Shown: in pieces, positions 20,944 to 30,276 of the stretch
Numbering within the stretch: position 1 is the first letter of the stretch
Layout of the letters: every line of letters starts with the position of its first letter
Assembly: GCA_041641295.1 (NCBI GenBank)
Contig: JBEPYO010000001.1
Coordinates: 1,472,001-1,536,000, forward strand
Length of the DNA: 64,000 nucleotides
Source of the DNA: Nitrososphaerota archaeon
Lineage (GTDB): Archaea; Thermoproteota; Nitrososphaeria_A; Caldarchaeales; Calditenuaceae
Direction: 5' to 3'
Translations under genes and position numbers: made by a program
The notes under the pieces: generated by a model
What the model was told of the DNA's origin: nothing
The model's database searches: none
The model's input: the letters and a program-made list of their open reading frames with translations, nothing else

Positions 20944-22524
20944 TTACTTCTTAGCAGGTGCCTCGACTCGCGAAGGGCCCACACTCCGAGCCCTACCGCC
21001 CCTGTACCACCTCCAGAAGTATATTCCAAAGATTGATAGCTGTATGAGAAATACAGTAATCAAGGCGAGCGTCTCGGCCGTATACCCTCTGATAACCAAG
21101 ACAACACGCCCTACATCCCTGACATCCACGGTTGAGTAAACCCTACCGAATGGCGTCTCGGCCGAGAAGTTGTAAACCCCACCAGGTATCCTTAGGCTTA
21201 ACCTGCCGCCGACCCCTCTAAATGAGCCGTTAACATAGATCTGTGAATCTTGTATGATGAATCCTGCCGCGTGCCTCACCTCGACCTCAACAAGCCTCCC
21301 ATCCACGTAAATTGTCGCCGGCTTCCCCACCTCAAGTGTAAGGGGGCCGACAGACTCGCTCACATCAACCGAGTAAACCTTGAGAGAGGGTCTGACAGTT
21401 ATGATAGGGGGGTATCCTCCCTCGATTATCGAGACAGTCTTCGGAATGATAACCGATTCAGACCCATTCCTCAGGGTGAGGTATCCAGGTAGGCTTATGG
21501 AATAGTCCTCAACCCAGAGTCCGAGGTATCTGTCATAAACCCTGACTCTATAGTCTGGAATGCGGATCACCAGCCGCTCGAATCTCCCCGTGGTGAGATT
21601 TGCGGTTACCACCTCCAAGCCGTTGCGTATAAGATCGTTGAGGCCTATGGTTGTAGACGAGCTAACTGGCGGCGGCTCCTCAACCATGGGAGACACCGTC
21701 ACCTCGAGACTCTGTTCAAACCTCCCACCCCCACGCCCAGTGTAAACGACGCTAACCACCAGTGTACCGTATCTAAGAGGTACAAGTCCATTCTCACCCA
21801 CCTCTCCCAGCGGTGGGATATACACTTCAATGAGGCGCATTGGTATGCCCGAGCCGGGGCCCTCGAACGTGTACTCCGCTACTACTGGCTCAGCCTTATA
21901 CAGTATGTGTAGTTGCCCGGTATACCCGCTCAACTCTATTGATTCGTAGTGCCGGAGCGTTATCTTCACACCCAGCGCGTTGGGTGGGATTTGGAGATGT
22001 AGGGTGGAGTTTGGCCTGACGAATATTTTCTTGGTCTCATTTCTTTCCTCCTTTATCGCGAATCCTGAGAGGGTTGACCCAACTATCCTCGCCTCCAAGA
22101 CTTCTTGAGTGTTGGAGTCTGTCGGGATTGACCCAGCCGGCTGGAAATCTATCCACCCGAGGGCAGACTCCTCTAGGCTGAGCACTTCGATAGTAGCTCT
22201 CCCCCGGCCTATAACATTCAAGGCTGCGGTACCGACATCCTCGTCTCTAAATCTCCAGATCTCCACAGCCTCTCCCGCCCTTATGCGGAAGGCGTGCTCC
22301 TCCCCTCTGCTTGTCGTCAATATCACGGAGACATCCAGCCCTATAGCCTTCAACACCAGCCTCTCCCCCACCACAAACCTGTATCTAGCGCCGTCCAAGA
22401 AGGGTAGGAACTTCGCGCCTCCATAGCCGATTAGCAGAAACCCCTCCTCTTGAGGCTGGACTGTGGGTGGAAGCACCACAAGTATCGTCATCGCTAGCAC
22501 TATAGCGGCTACGCTCTTCCCCAT
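20944..22524 (-). CDS. Large secreted/surface protein with C-terminal membrane anchor
   Basis: Likely start ATG 22524 (MGKSVAAIVLAMTILVVL.. signal peptide); beta-rich; PEGA-like IYVNG..GVYN; C-terminal TM plus basic tail. Confidence 0.65.
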   Translation of the reverse strand: MGKSVAAIVLAMTILVVLPPTVQPQEEGFLLIGYGGAKFLPFLDGARYRFVVGERLVLKAIGLDVSVILTTSRGEEHAFRIRAGEAVEIWRFRDEDVGTAALNVIGRGRATIEVLSLEESALGWIDFQPAGSIPTDSNTQEVLEARIVGSTLSGFAIKEERNETKKIFVRPNSTLHLQIPPNALGVKITLRHYESIELSGYTGQLHILYKAEPVVAEYTFEGPGSGIPMRLIEVYIPPLGEVGENGLVPLRYGTLVVSVVYTGRGGGRFEQSLEVTVSPMVEEPPPVSSSTTIGLNDLIRNGLEVVTANLTTGRFERLVIRIPDYRVRVYDRYLGLWVEDYSISLPGYLTLRNGSESVIIPKTVSIIEGGYPPIITVRPSLKVYSVDVSESVGPLTLEVGKPATIYVDGRLVEVEVRHAAGFIIQDSQIYVNGSFRGVGGRLSLRIPGGVYNFSAETPFGRVYSTVDVRDVGRVVLVIRGYTAETLALITVFLIQLSIFGIYFWRWYRGGRARSVGPSRVEAPAKK

Positions 22525-23234
22525 CCCCTCTTCACACCAGCCCTCAGCGTGGCGGCTATGGTCAGCGTCGCTGCAACAATTAGACCCAAGGCAACGGAGT
22601 CTGTGAATACTAGTGAGTAGAGGACTGTGAGGGCTACGGCTAGGCTGGCCGCTGTGGCTGAGTAGATGAAGACCTCCCCTTGCTCGCGAACCAGTGTGGA
22701 GCCATAGACCCTCCAAGAGTAGATGACTAGGGCGATGGATGATAGCGCGGCGAGGGCTGCGAAATACTGGGGTGGCTGAACCCTTTCCCACGCCTGCCTG
22801 TCAACGAACATGTTTACTAGGGCGAGGAACAGGTGGCTGCCCTCCCCCCTTGCCTGAGCAGCTACTGCCCAGATGAAGTAGGTGCTTGTCAGACTTGTGA
22901 CGTAGCTTAGCACAGAGGCTCTTGGGCTTGTGCTCTTGACAATGCCTATCATTGCTATGAATGGTATGCTTATCAAGTATCCCCCTGCTAGGTCTATGAG
23001 AAAGTACGGCCTCCTCTCAAGAACCAGAATCACTAAGCTTGTGATTGCTGGCAGATATATCAGTGGAATCACAATGTTTTGATACCTAGCCGGGAGATAG
23101 GTTGATAGGAGCGAGATGCAGCCCAGAATTACGAAGGGTGTCAGCATGATCTTGGCCAGATAGTCTATGCTCATTAGTAGGGGTGTTAGTAGGACAGCTG
23201 CCAGCAAGACCCTGTCAACTAGCCGAGACCCCAT
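22509..23234 (-). CDS. Polytopic membrane protein of unknown function (MoxR operon)
   Basis: About 8 hydrophobic segments; overlaps both neighbours. Confidence 0.7.
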   Translation of the reverse strand: MGSRLVDRVLLAAVLLTPLLMSIDYLAKIMLTPFVILGCISLLSTYLPARYQNIVIPLIYLPAITSLVILVLERRPYFLIDLAGGYLISIPFIAMIGIVKSTSPRASVLSYVTSLTSTYFIWAVAAQARGEGSHLFLALVNMFVDRQAWERVQPPQYFAALAALSSIALVIYSWRVYGSTLVREQGEVFIYSATAASLAVALTVLYSLVFTDSVALGLIVAATLTIAATLRAGVKRGWGRA

Positions 23235-24535
23235 TCAACACCCCTCCGCATCGCCTCTTTAACCACGTCTATTGCATACCCTTTACCAATCTCGATGACT
23301 GAGCCCGGCTCGGAGAACCTCGACAACCAATCATCCTTAAACTGTCTGTCAAGCTGAAGCAACCGGCTAACCTCGCCTTCAAGTCTCGAAACGTAACTGG
23401 CTACATCTGGGACGCATATAATGTATCTCGCACCAACCATCCTGCACGCGTTTATCATCGCTTCAACTATGCCTGTGTTTTGTGATGGCGGGTTGACCAC
23501 AAAGACAACCATGCTTGAACCAGTGAGTGTTCTTGAGAACTCCTCAACAACCTGTTCCTCCTCACGCCCCTGTGAGGGGAAAACCCTAGCTATGTACTGC
23601 TCTATCGCTATTCTGGAAAAAACGCGTCTGGGGGAGATCTTCTCGTCGAGGCTAAGCGACGGGTTTAACAGCCAGAACTGTACCGGGTTCCCCTCCTCCT
23701 CGGCTGTCTGGCAGAGCCGTCGTATCAGGATGGAGATATCGGTCAGGAGGGCTGCATTTTCTCCAGTGTTGATGGAGGAGGAGCAGTCAACGACTATGTG
23801 GAGGGTTACCTCCCCCTTCTTGACATACTTCTTGGCGACTAGCTCCTCCTCATCGACCTGCTGGGCGTACCTAATCCAGTGAATATCCCTTACTCTGTCT
23901 CCCAGCTCGTAGGGCTTGATGCCTGAGAACTCGTCGTCATAGCCCACTAGCCCCCGGTAGCCGAGACCCATCGGCGGCCTAATCCAAGGTGCGGGTAGCT
24001 TGGTGTATGCGGCTCCAACCAGTTGCTCGCCGACCGGGACAATAATGTCAGATGCCACCTCTAGCTCCCTAGCGTCATAGCAGAGTTTCAGCGGGTCGTG
24101 TATCAGCAAAATCACTTTTCTAAACCTTGCAAGACTGATAGATGGATCAACCTCGAGCGTGTATGATGATTCGAGACTTTCGCCCGCACCTATGATGCCT
24201 TCTGGGTTTGACGGTCGCTCCACAATTCGTGTACCGAATGGGGGTTTATCCACCACCCGCACGAATAAGCGTTGCTCGCTGTCAAACCACACGTGCAGCC
24301 TGACCTTCAAGAGTGTCTTATCGCCTACTCTCTGGGGCTCGACCGTCCGCTCTACTTTGAGGCCCTCGACGTCTAGGCTTCTGAGCCTTCTACTCGCCAG
24401 TAGGATGTATGTGGCGAAGAATGTCTGCAGAAAAAAGGAGGCTAGGAATAGGAAGGGCTGGTAGAGTAGTATTGAGACGAATAGTGTCCATCCGGAGAGG
24501 CTTATTAGCAGTAGCGCCGCCTCTCTTGTGAGCAT
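23219..24535 (-). CDS. DUF58 (vWA-like) protein, MoxR partner
   Basis: N-terminal TMs; EFSGIKPYELGDRVRDIHW, VAKKY, MIDAS-like VDCSSS. Confidence 0.88.
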   Translation of the reverse strand: MLTREAALLLISLSGWTLFVSILLYQPFLFLASFFLQTFFATYILLASRRLRSLDVEGLKVERTVEPQRVGDKTLLKVRLHVWFDSEQRLFVRVVDKPPFGTRIVERPSNPEGIIGAGESLESSYTLEVDPSISLARFRKVILLIHDPLKLCYDARELEVASDIIVPVGEQLVGAAYTKLPAPWIRPPMGLGYRGLVGYDDEFSGIKPYELGDRVRDIHWIRYAQQVDEEELVAKKYVKKGEVTLHIVVDCSSSINTGENAALLTDISILIRRLCQTAEEEGNPVQFWLLNPSLSLDEKISPRRVFSRIAIEQYIARVFPSQGREEEQVVEEFSRTLTGSSMVVFVVNPPSQNTGIVEAMINACRMVGARYIICVPDVASYVSRLEGEVSRLLQLDRQFKDDWLSRFSEPGSVIEIGKGYAIDVVKEAMRRGVEWGLG

Positions 24536-25488
24536 TACTTTGGTGCCTCCACCCTCTCAAGCACCTTCCTCGTAACCAGCATAGTTTCCTGCTCTCCCCT
24601 GCCCAGAGACGATGTCCTCCTCCTCAGAAGGATTCTGTGATTTAGTATGAGTGGAGCCACGTACTTAACATCGTCAGGTATAACATAGTCTCTCCCCTTT
24701 ATCGCTGCGTATGCCTTAGACCCGTAGAGTAGAGCTGTCTCAGCCCGCGTGCTCGCGCCCATAACCACATCAGGCATACTCCTCGACTCCCTAACAATAT
24801 CCACGATGTATCCGAGTATGTCGTCGTCTATGTAGACATTCTTTACGGCCTGAATAGCCTCGAGAACTTTTTCAGAATCGGCCACAGGGCTGACGTTTAG
24901 ATCCTCGCCATGCCTATTCTTAAGCCTGAGTATCTCGATCTCCTCGTCGCGCGTTGGATAGTTTACGAGGACGCGTATTAGGAATCTGTCAAGCTCTGCC
25001 TCAGGCAGCGGGTAGGTGCCCTCCAGCTCGATCGGGTTCTGCGTCGCTATAACCATGAATGGTCTTGGGAGGGGGTATGTCTTCCCCTCGACAGTGACTT
25101 GGAACTCCTGCATAGCCTCAAGCAGTGCCGACTGGGTCCTCGGTGCTCCACGGTTGATCTCATCTGCGAGAACTATGTTTGCGAAGATGGGGCCGGGCCT
25201 AAATAGGAATTCTCCTGTGCGCCGGTCGAATATCATTCCACCGACTATGTCGCTTGGTAGTAGGTCGTTGGTGAACTGGATTCTCTTGAATGAGAGTGTT
25301 AGGGTGTTGGCGAAGGCCTTCGCTAGATAGGTCTTTGCGAGTCCCGGCACACCCTCGATTAAGACATGCCCCTGCACTAGGAGGGAGATAAGCAGGGAGT
25401 CAATGGCGACATCCATCCCAACTATCGACTTGTGTATCTCTTCCCTCACCCTTTCAGCCAAGTCCTTGATCCAAGAGAGCTTCGACAA
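24535..25488 (-). CDS. moxR: MoxR-family AAA+ ATPase
   Basis: HVLIEGVPGLAKT, RIQFT.DLLPSD, LADEINR, QSALLEAM, ATQNPIELEGTYPLPEA.LDRF. Confidence 0.95.
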   Translation of the reverse strand: MSKLSWIKDLAERVREEIHKSIVGMDVAIDSLLISLLVQGHVLIEGVPGLAKTYLAKAFANTLTLSFKRIQFTNDLLPSDIVGGMIFDRRTGEFLFRPGPIFANIVLADEINRGAPRTQSALLEAMQEFQVTVEGKTYPLPRPFMVIATQNPIELEGTYPLPEAELDRFLIRVLVNYPTRDEEIEILRLKNRHGEDLNVSPVADSEKVLEAIQAVKNVYIDDDILGYIVDIVRESRSMPDVVMGASTRAETALLYGSKAYAAIKGRDYVIPDDVKYVAPLILNHRILLRRRTSSLGRGEQETMLVTRKVLERVEAPK

Positions 25489-25503
25489 TCTCGTCTCACC
25501 ACC

Positions 25504-25839
25504 CTACGAGCTTATCAAACGACTCAGTATCCACCTGTATATGCTGGCTGGGATGAGCCTAGATAGCGGCCCTGTCAGGAGACTTCTCCAGACCTTGGCG
25601 CGAAAGCCTCCAATTAGCCTCAGGGCGATATACGCCTCCAACAGGGTTTCGGCAGCCTCTAAGGGCTTATCTCTCTTGACGCCTCTCAGGAAATCCCGCA
25701 GCTCTTCAATATAGTTCCTCGGGACGGCCTCAGACTCCTCCCTCTCCCTCCTGAGCAGGATGGCTGGGAGAATCAGGGATGCGAGCATGATGATTAGGAT
25801 TAGAAAGGGGTCTATAACCGATGTAATAAGAGTGGCCAT
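25504..25839 (-). CDS. Small membrane protein leading the MoxR operon
   Basis: N-terminal TM, helical remainder; TATA-like TTTTATA ~30 nt upstream. Confidence 0.6.
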   Translation of the reverse strand: MATLITSVIDPFLILIIMLASLILPAILLRREREESEAVPRNYIEELRDFLRGVKRDKPLEAAETLLEAYIALRLIGGFRAKVWRSLLTGPLSRLIPASIYRWILSRLISS

Positions 25840-25896
25840 GAGTCTGATTACTTGGTGTAGGCGATTCCTATAAAAGTTTAACCGATCATGACAGGG

Positions 25897-26613
25897 TTAG
25901 GTTTTCATAAGCCTCCTAAGTAGAGGTATCTCATCAATCTTCCTCTCACTAAGTAGATGCCAGATGATACCCTTCGGCCTAGCAATTTTAGTATTGGTTG
26001 CAAGTACGCCATCCTCAGTTACTATATAGTCCACCGGGACGTCAAACTCCTCTACTGGAATCTCGCTGACGACTTGTAGGGGATGAACCGTCGTTGTAAT
26101 TGGCGTATCCTCTGAGACCCTGCCCAGCATCCTCAAGAGGGCGTACTCTATCTCAGAGTAGCCCTCACCCTTTCCCACGCGAGCACCACTCCGCGAGACA
26201 GCCACAGAGCCAACCACTATAAAGTCGATTTTGTCGAGGCTCTCCGGCTCCACCTTCTCGCCAAAAGTGAACCCTCCCCTAATCGTGGATGCCTGCCTGT
26301 AGTTGCGCTCGGAGATTTTAGATGGCTCGAGAAGGAGGAATCCCTCGCGGAGACGTGGAGTAGGCATGACCAGCCTCTTCCCCAATCTCATGCATAGCTC
26401 TCTAACAGGGCGTTGGGGCGAGTCGGGGCTCACCTTCACGGTCCGCGCGGATCTGAACGAGTCGAGTTGGAGCAGCCTCTTGGCTGCCGCCTCAGCTCCT
26501 AGGAAATTTGGAATACGCCCATGGATGGGGAATGGTGGCAGCGCTACCTTCTCTCTGACGAGCAGGTCCCAGACGTGTTCGCGTATCTTCTGCTTCTGCT
26601 CGCTTAGGCTCAA
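25897..26613 (-). CDS. 5-formyltetrahydrofolate cyclo-ligase paralog (MTHFSD/COG0212-like)
   Basis: GRIPNF.GA, KVSPDSPQ, PTPRL, GSVAV...GARVGKGEGY, TTVH..Q, DVPVD.I.T. Confidence 0.87.
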   Translation of the reverse strand: MSLSEQKQKIREHVWDLLVREKVALPPFPIHGRIPNFLGAEAAAKRLLQLDSFRSARTVKVSPDSPQRPVRELCMRLGKRLVMPTPRLREGFLLLEPSKISERNYRQASTIRGGFTFGEKVEPESLDKIDFIVVGSVAVSRSGARVGKGEGYSEIEYALLRMLGRVSEDTPITTTVHPLQVVSEIPVEEFDVPVDYIVTEDGVLATNTKIARPKGIIWHLLSERKIDEIPLLRRLMKT

Positions 26614-28616
26614 CTCTTTTCAGCCGGTTTGAGGAGCTCCGAGATGTCCTTGACGCTTATACGGTCCTCCACACCTAAGACCCTCCTAGCGTCCTCGAGC
26701 ATGGCTAGGCAGAAGGGGCACTCGGTAACCACTGTAGTCGCACCCGTCTCCAGCAGCTCCTCAAGTCTGTGCAGGTTTTCACGCTTAGCCCGCTTTATGT
26801 CGAGCCAGTAGTTACCGCCACCCGCTCCGCAACACATGGTCTGTCTGCCGCTCCTCCTCGGCTCCCTCAACTCAGAGCCACTAAGTGCCTCCCTCGGTTC
26901 AGCTACGAACCCATGCATCCTCGAGAAGATGCATGAGTCGTGTATGGTGAGGGGCCCTACCGCGGCCAGCTTAAATTTCCCCTCCTTCACAAGTCTGTGT
27001 AGCAGCTGTATGTGGCTCACTACTCTAAACTCCGCTCCTAAATCCCTGTACTGTCGAGAGAATATGTCGAAGCAGTGTGGGCAGTGGGTGATAACCTCCT
27101 TAACCCCCTTGGACTTCAGCAGGCTTATCACCTCCTCGGCCAGTTCTTGGTACCTCCCCTCCTCCCCCAACCTCCTCGCGGGATCACCATTACACACCTC
27201 CTCGCTAGTCATCACTGCAAACCTAACACCCGCCGAGACCATCAGCGACGCTATCTGCTTAACAACCTGCCTAGCCCTAGGGTCGTAAGCCCCCATGCAT
27301 CCAACCCAGTAGACCGTCTCAACCGACTCCTCATCCTCAACCCTCCTAACTCCCATCTGGGCAAGCTCCTCTAGGAGCTTCACCCTCTCACCCTGACCAA
27401 GCCCAAACGGGTTCCTAGCCCTAGCAAGGTTCGAAAGCGTCTCAACCCCCTTCCTAGTGACGCTCCCACGCAGAGCAAGCGCCCTCCTCAGCTCAACTAT
27501 AAGCTCCATAGGGCTTATGAGGACCGGGCAGGCATACTCACACGCCCCGCACGTGGTGCAGGCATAGACCTCGTCTAGTGTGAAGGTGTTGGAGTCGAAG
27601 AGGTCTTCACCCCTCCTCTTCCACCAAGCCCTCCTTAATTTCTGGACAATAATTCGAGGGGAGAGAGGTGTGCCTGCGATGAGGGCTGGGCAAACCTCGT
27701 CACAGCGTCCACAGTCTGTGCAGGCGTCGAGCTGTAGTATCTGGCGTGGCTTAAGGTCACTGATGCTGCTTATGCCTACGGGGGGTAGACTCGCCTCCAA
27801 GTCGAGCTTGCTCAGTATGAAGGGTGTCTCTAACAGGCCTGGGGCCTTGGCATGCTGTTTATTCACTGCCACGTTAAGCGAGGCCGCAAGTATGTGTAGC
27901 AGGTTGGTGAATGGCAGGGCTGCCACGCCTGCGAAGGAAGCCACCGCGTGTGTCCACCAGAGAGCTCTATACACCGTCACCAAGGCATCGCCTCCAACGT
28001 TCAGGCCGCCAATATAGGCCGCCAGCAACGCCCCTACTGGAGAGTAGATGCTCCAAGGCGGGCTCCGTAGATATATTCTGATTCCCTCAAGGATGAAGCC
28101 TGTCACGCCTATGAAGAGTAGTAGCCAGAGTATTGCCAGATACTCCCTCCTATAGCTGAGTCGGCTTGGCTTTGTGACTGTCCTCCTGAGTAGGGCGTAC
28201 ACCAGACTCAGTATTAGGAGCAGGCCGAAGGCATCCAGTAGGACCTCGAAGACTAGGTAGAAGTCCCCTACTAGGAGACGCGTCTTGAGCGGCCGCAAAA
28301 TATCGTAGTCAACAAATACTAGGGTGGTGCCTATGAAGAGTGCCAAGATGCCGTAGGATATTAGAAAATGCATCACACCAGGCCTAATGTCGCGGAGGAT
28401 ACGTCTCTGAGCCCACGCAAACTCTATAATCGACTTTATGAACCCGCTTGGGCTGCTCTTGAAGGCGCTCCAGATAAGCCTCAAATCATAGCTTCCCAGC
28501 CTCAAGTAGATGCCGTAGAGGAACACCGCGGCGAATGGTGCGAGGACAATATACATGATAATATCAGTCCCCTCAGGCATCAGGATGAGATTCTCTCTGG
28601 CGGGCACACTACTCAT
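26610..28616 (-). CDS. Membrane Fe-S oxidoreductase (NarI-like TM domain + 2x[4Fe-4S] + two CCG domains; HdrD/FadF-like)
   Basis: TM His residues (MHFLI, WWTHA, LLHIL), CTDCGRC..VCP, CTTCGAC..ACP, GC..., CNG, CPHC, HDSC, CCGAGGG, CPFC. Confidence 0.88.
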   Translation of the reverse strand: MSSVPARENLILMPEGTDIIMYIVLAPFAAVFLYGIYLRLGSYDLRLIWSAFKSSPSGFIKSIIEFAWAQRRILRDIRPGVMHFLISYGILALFIGTTLVFVDYDILRPLKTRLLVGDFYLVFEVLLDAFGLLLILSLVYALLRRTVTKPSRLSYRREYLAILWLLLFIGVTGFILEGIRIYLRSPPWSIYSPVGALLAAYIGGLNVGGDALVTVYRALWWTHAVASFAGVAALPFTNLLHILAASLNVAVNKQHAKAPGLLETPFILSKLDLEASLPPVGISSISDLKPRQILQLDACTDCGRCDEVCPALIAGTPLSPRIIVQKLRRAWWKRRGEDLFDSNTFTLDEVYACTTCGACEYACPVLISPMELIVELRRALALRGSVTRKGVETLSNLARARNPFGLGQGERVKLLEELAQMGVRRVEDEESVETVYWVGCMGAYDPRARQVVKQIASLMVSAGVRFAVMTSEEVCNGDPARRLGEEGRYQELAEEVISLLKSKGVKEVITHCPHCFDIFSRQYRDLGAEFRVVSHIQLLHRLVKEGKFKLAAVGPLTIHDSCIFSRMHGFVAEPREALSGSELREPRRSGRQTMCCGAGGGNYWLDIKRAKRENLHRLEELLETGATTVVTECPFCLAMLEDARRVLGVEDRISVKDISELLKPAEKS

Positions 28617-28678
28617 AACTTACACCAAAGCTAGATTCCATAAGCACTAGTTATTAATTAGTTATCCACTCCACATCT

Positions 28679-28900
28679 GTGGCGATGGTGAGGTATCTGG
28701 TCGTCGTTTGTGCGAAGTGTGGCAGCTACAGGGTTGTAAGCGGTGTGCAGAAAACTTTCAGATGCTTTAGCTGCGGAACCGTGTCTGGTCTAAGGCAGGA
28801 GCTTGTAGTGGCCTATGCCAACACGGCCGAGGAGGCGAGGCAGAAGATCGCGCACCTGAAAATTTCTAGGGCGGCGAGGAGGGAGGAATCAAAGCCATGA
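28679..28900 (+). CDS. Small zinc-ribbon protein (DUF1922-like)
   Basis: YLVVVCAKCG...KTFRCFSCG...AEEAR. Confidence 0.7.
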   Translation: MAMVRYLVVVCAKCGSYRVVSGVQKTFRCFSCGTVSGLRQELVVAYANTAEEARQKIAHLKISRAARREESKP

Positions 28901-30016
28901 ATGCAGCTCTATGACTTCCTCAGGCTCGCCGGCATAGTTTTTGAACCTAGCTGGGGTGAAAGTTTCGACTGAGACTGGCGCCTTTCCACTGGCTATATAC
29001 TCTACTAGGTCTTGGCTCAGCGCTGGACCCCGCATTATCCCGTAGCCATCAAGCCCGTCGATGATGAACAGGTTTGGATTGCTCGGAACCTGCCCCACTA
29101 GGGGGCGGCCATCTGGTGTGGAGCTGCATACACCAGTCCAACCTCCCGTCAGCCGGTAGTCCTCGGGGCGCTTCAGCCTATCCAGCAACTTCTGCCCAAG
29201 CTCATCGATGAACTCCCTCGCAGGATGTGGGGGACAATCTGAGGGTGACTTGAGCTTTACGGCAAACCCGTTACCCACTAGGAGCGAACTCAGCCCGAAC
29301 CGCCTCATATAGACGTGGTTCTCCTCAATAAACACGGGAACATCGCATACATTCCCCGCCACATTAAATGACAGTACTTGGCATGCGTAGACAAGCGTTG
29401 GCACCCGCCAGATCCCACTCTTAGCGAGGAGATCCCTATTCCACGCGCCAGCGGCTAGGACAGCTTGATCGAAAGAGAGCCCATCCCCTCTCAAGTGAAT
29501 GATTCTCTGATCCGCGTCTAGTCCTGTGATCTCCGTCCACTCGTAGATCTTGACACCAAGGCCGTCCAGCCTCTCTCTCAGGGAAGAGAAGAGGCCAGAC
29601 ATCTCAACCACAATGTCATCGGGGGTATAGAGACCAACCTCATAGTCTTTAACCCTCATCCAGCCAACCCAGTCGGCCAGCTCTCCATTACTTAAGACCC
29701 TATACCTGACACCGGCACCATCCAATAGCTCCCTCGAGTATCTCGACATCCAGTAAGGCTCTATTGAGAGAAACCCTGTCCTCAGAACAGAGTCTGAAGC
29801 GACACTCCTGTAAATCTCTTGACTCCTCTTAGACAGCTGTATGTCGATGGGAAGTACTAGTTGTGTAGTGTGTATCCCCGCGCATTTTCCACTAGACCCG
29901 CTTCCCAGATGCCCAGCCTCAACGAGTGCAACCTTGAACCCCTTCTCGGCGGCAAAGTAGGCCGTGAAGGAGCCTACTACGCCGCCACCCACCACGACCA
30001 GTTCATAGTGCCTCAT
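28889..30016 (-). CDS. FAD-dependent oxidoreductase, DAO/sarcosine oxidase-beta family
   Basis: VVGGGVVG, GSGSSG..AG, VLAAGAW, TPDGRPLVG, GYGIM.GP. Confidence 0.88.
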   Translation of the reverse strand: MRHYELVVVGGGVVGSFTAYFAAEKGFKVALVEAGHLGSGSSGKCAGIHTTQLVLPIDIQLSKRSQEIYRSVASDSVLRTGFLSIEPYWMSRYSRELLDGAGVRYRVLSNGELADWVGWMRVKDYEVGLYTPDDIVVEMSGLFSSLRERLDGLGVKIYEWTEITGLDADQRIIHLRGDGLSFDQAVLAAGAWNRDLLAKSGIWRVPTLVYACQVLSFNVAGNVCDVPVFIEENHVYMRRFGLSSLLVGNGFAVKLKSPSDCPPHPAREFIDELGQKLLDRLKRPEDYRLTGGWTGVCSSTPDGRPLVGQVPSNPNLFIIDGLDGYGIMRGPALSQDLVEYIASGKAPVSVETFTPARFKNYAGEPEEVIELHSWL

Positions 30017-30276
30017 GCTGGTTCTATAGTATTAGCCTCGACATTATAAACTTCTCAACTTATAAAGGATATTATATTTCGCAGCCCCAGATTAGTATTT
30101 AAGGGCAGTTTATTATCAATTATTTGGTGATATAAACGTGTGTACTATATTTTTGATTTTGAGTTGCATAATTATAATTCTTTTCGTCTATTTGACCTCG
30201 TATTATTAGTCCAAGTTGTATCCGCCTGTGATTGGGTTAAATAGTGATTGTTGTTATTGTTGTATAGTAGCCGTTT

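Noticed and set aside
22525-22791. N-terminal 89 aa of ORF 20944-22791
   Set aside because: Overlaps the upstream membrane gene in another frame; the signal peptide begins at ATG 22524
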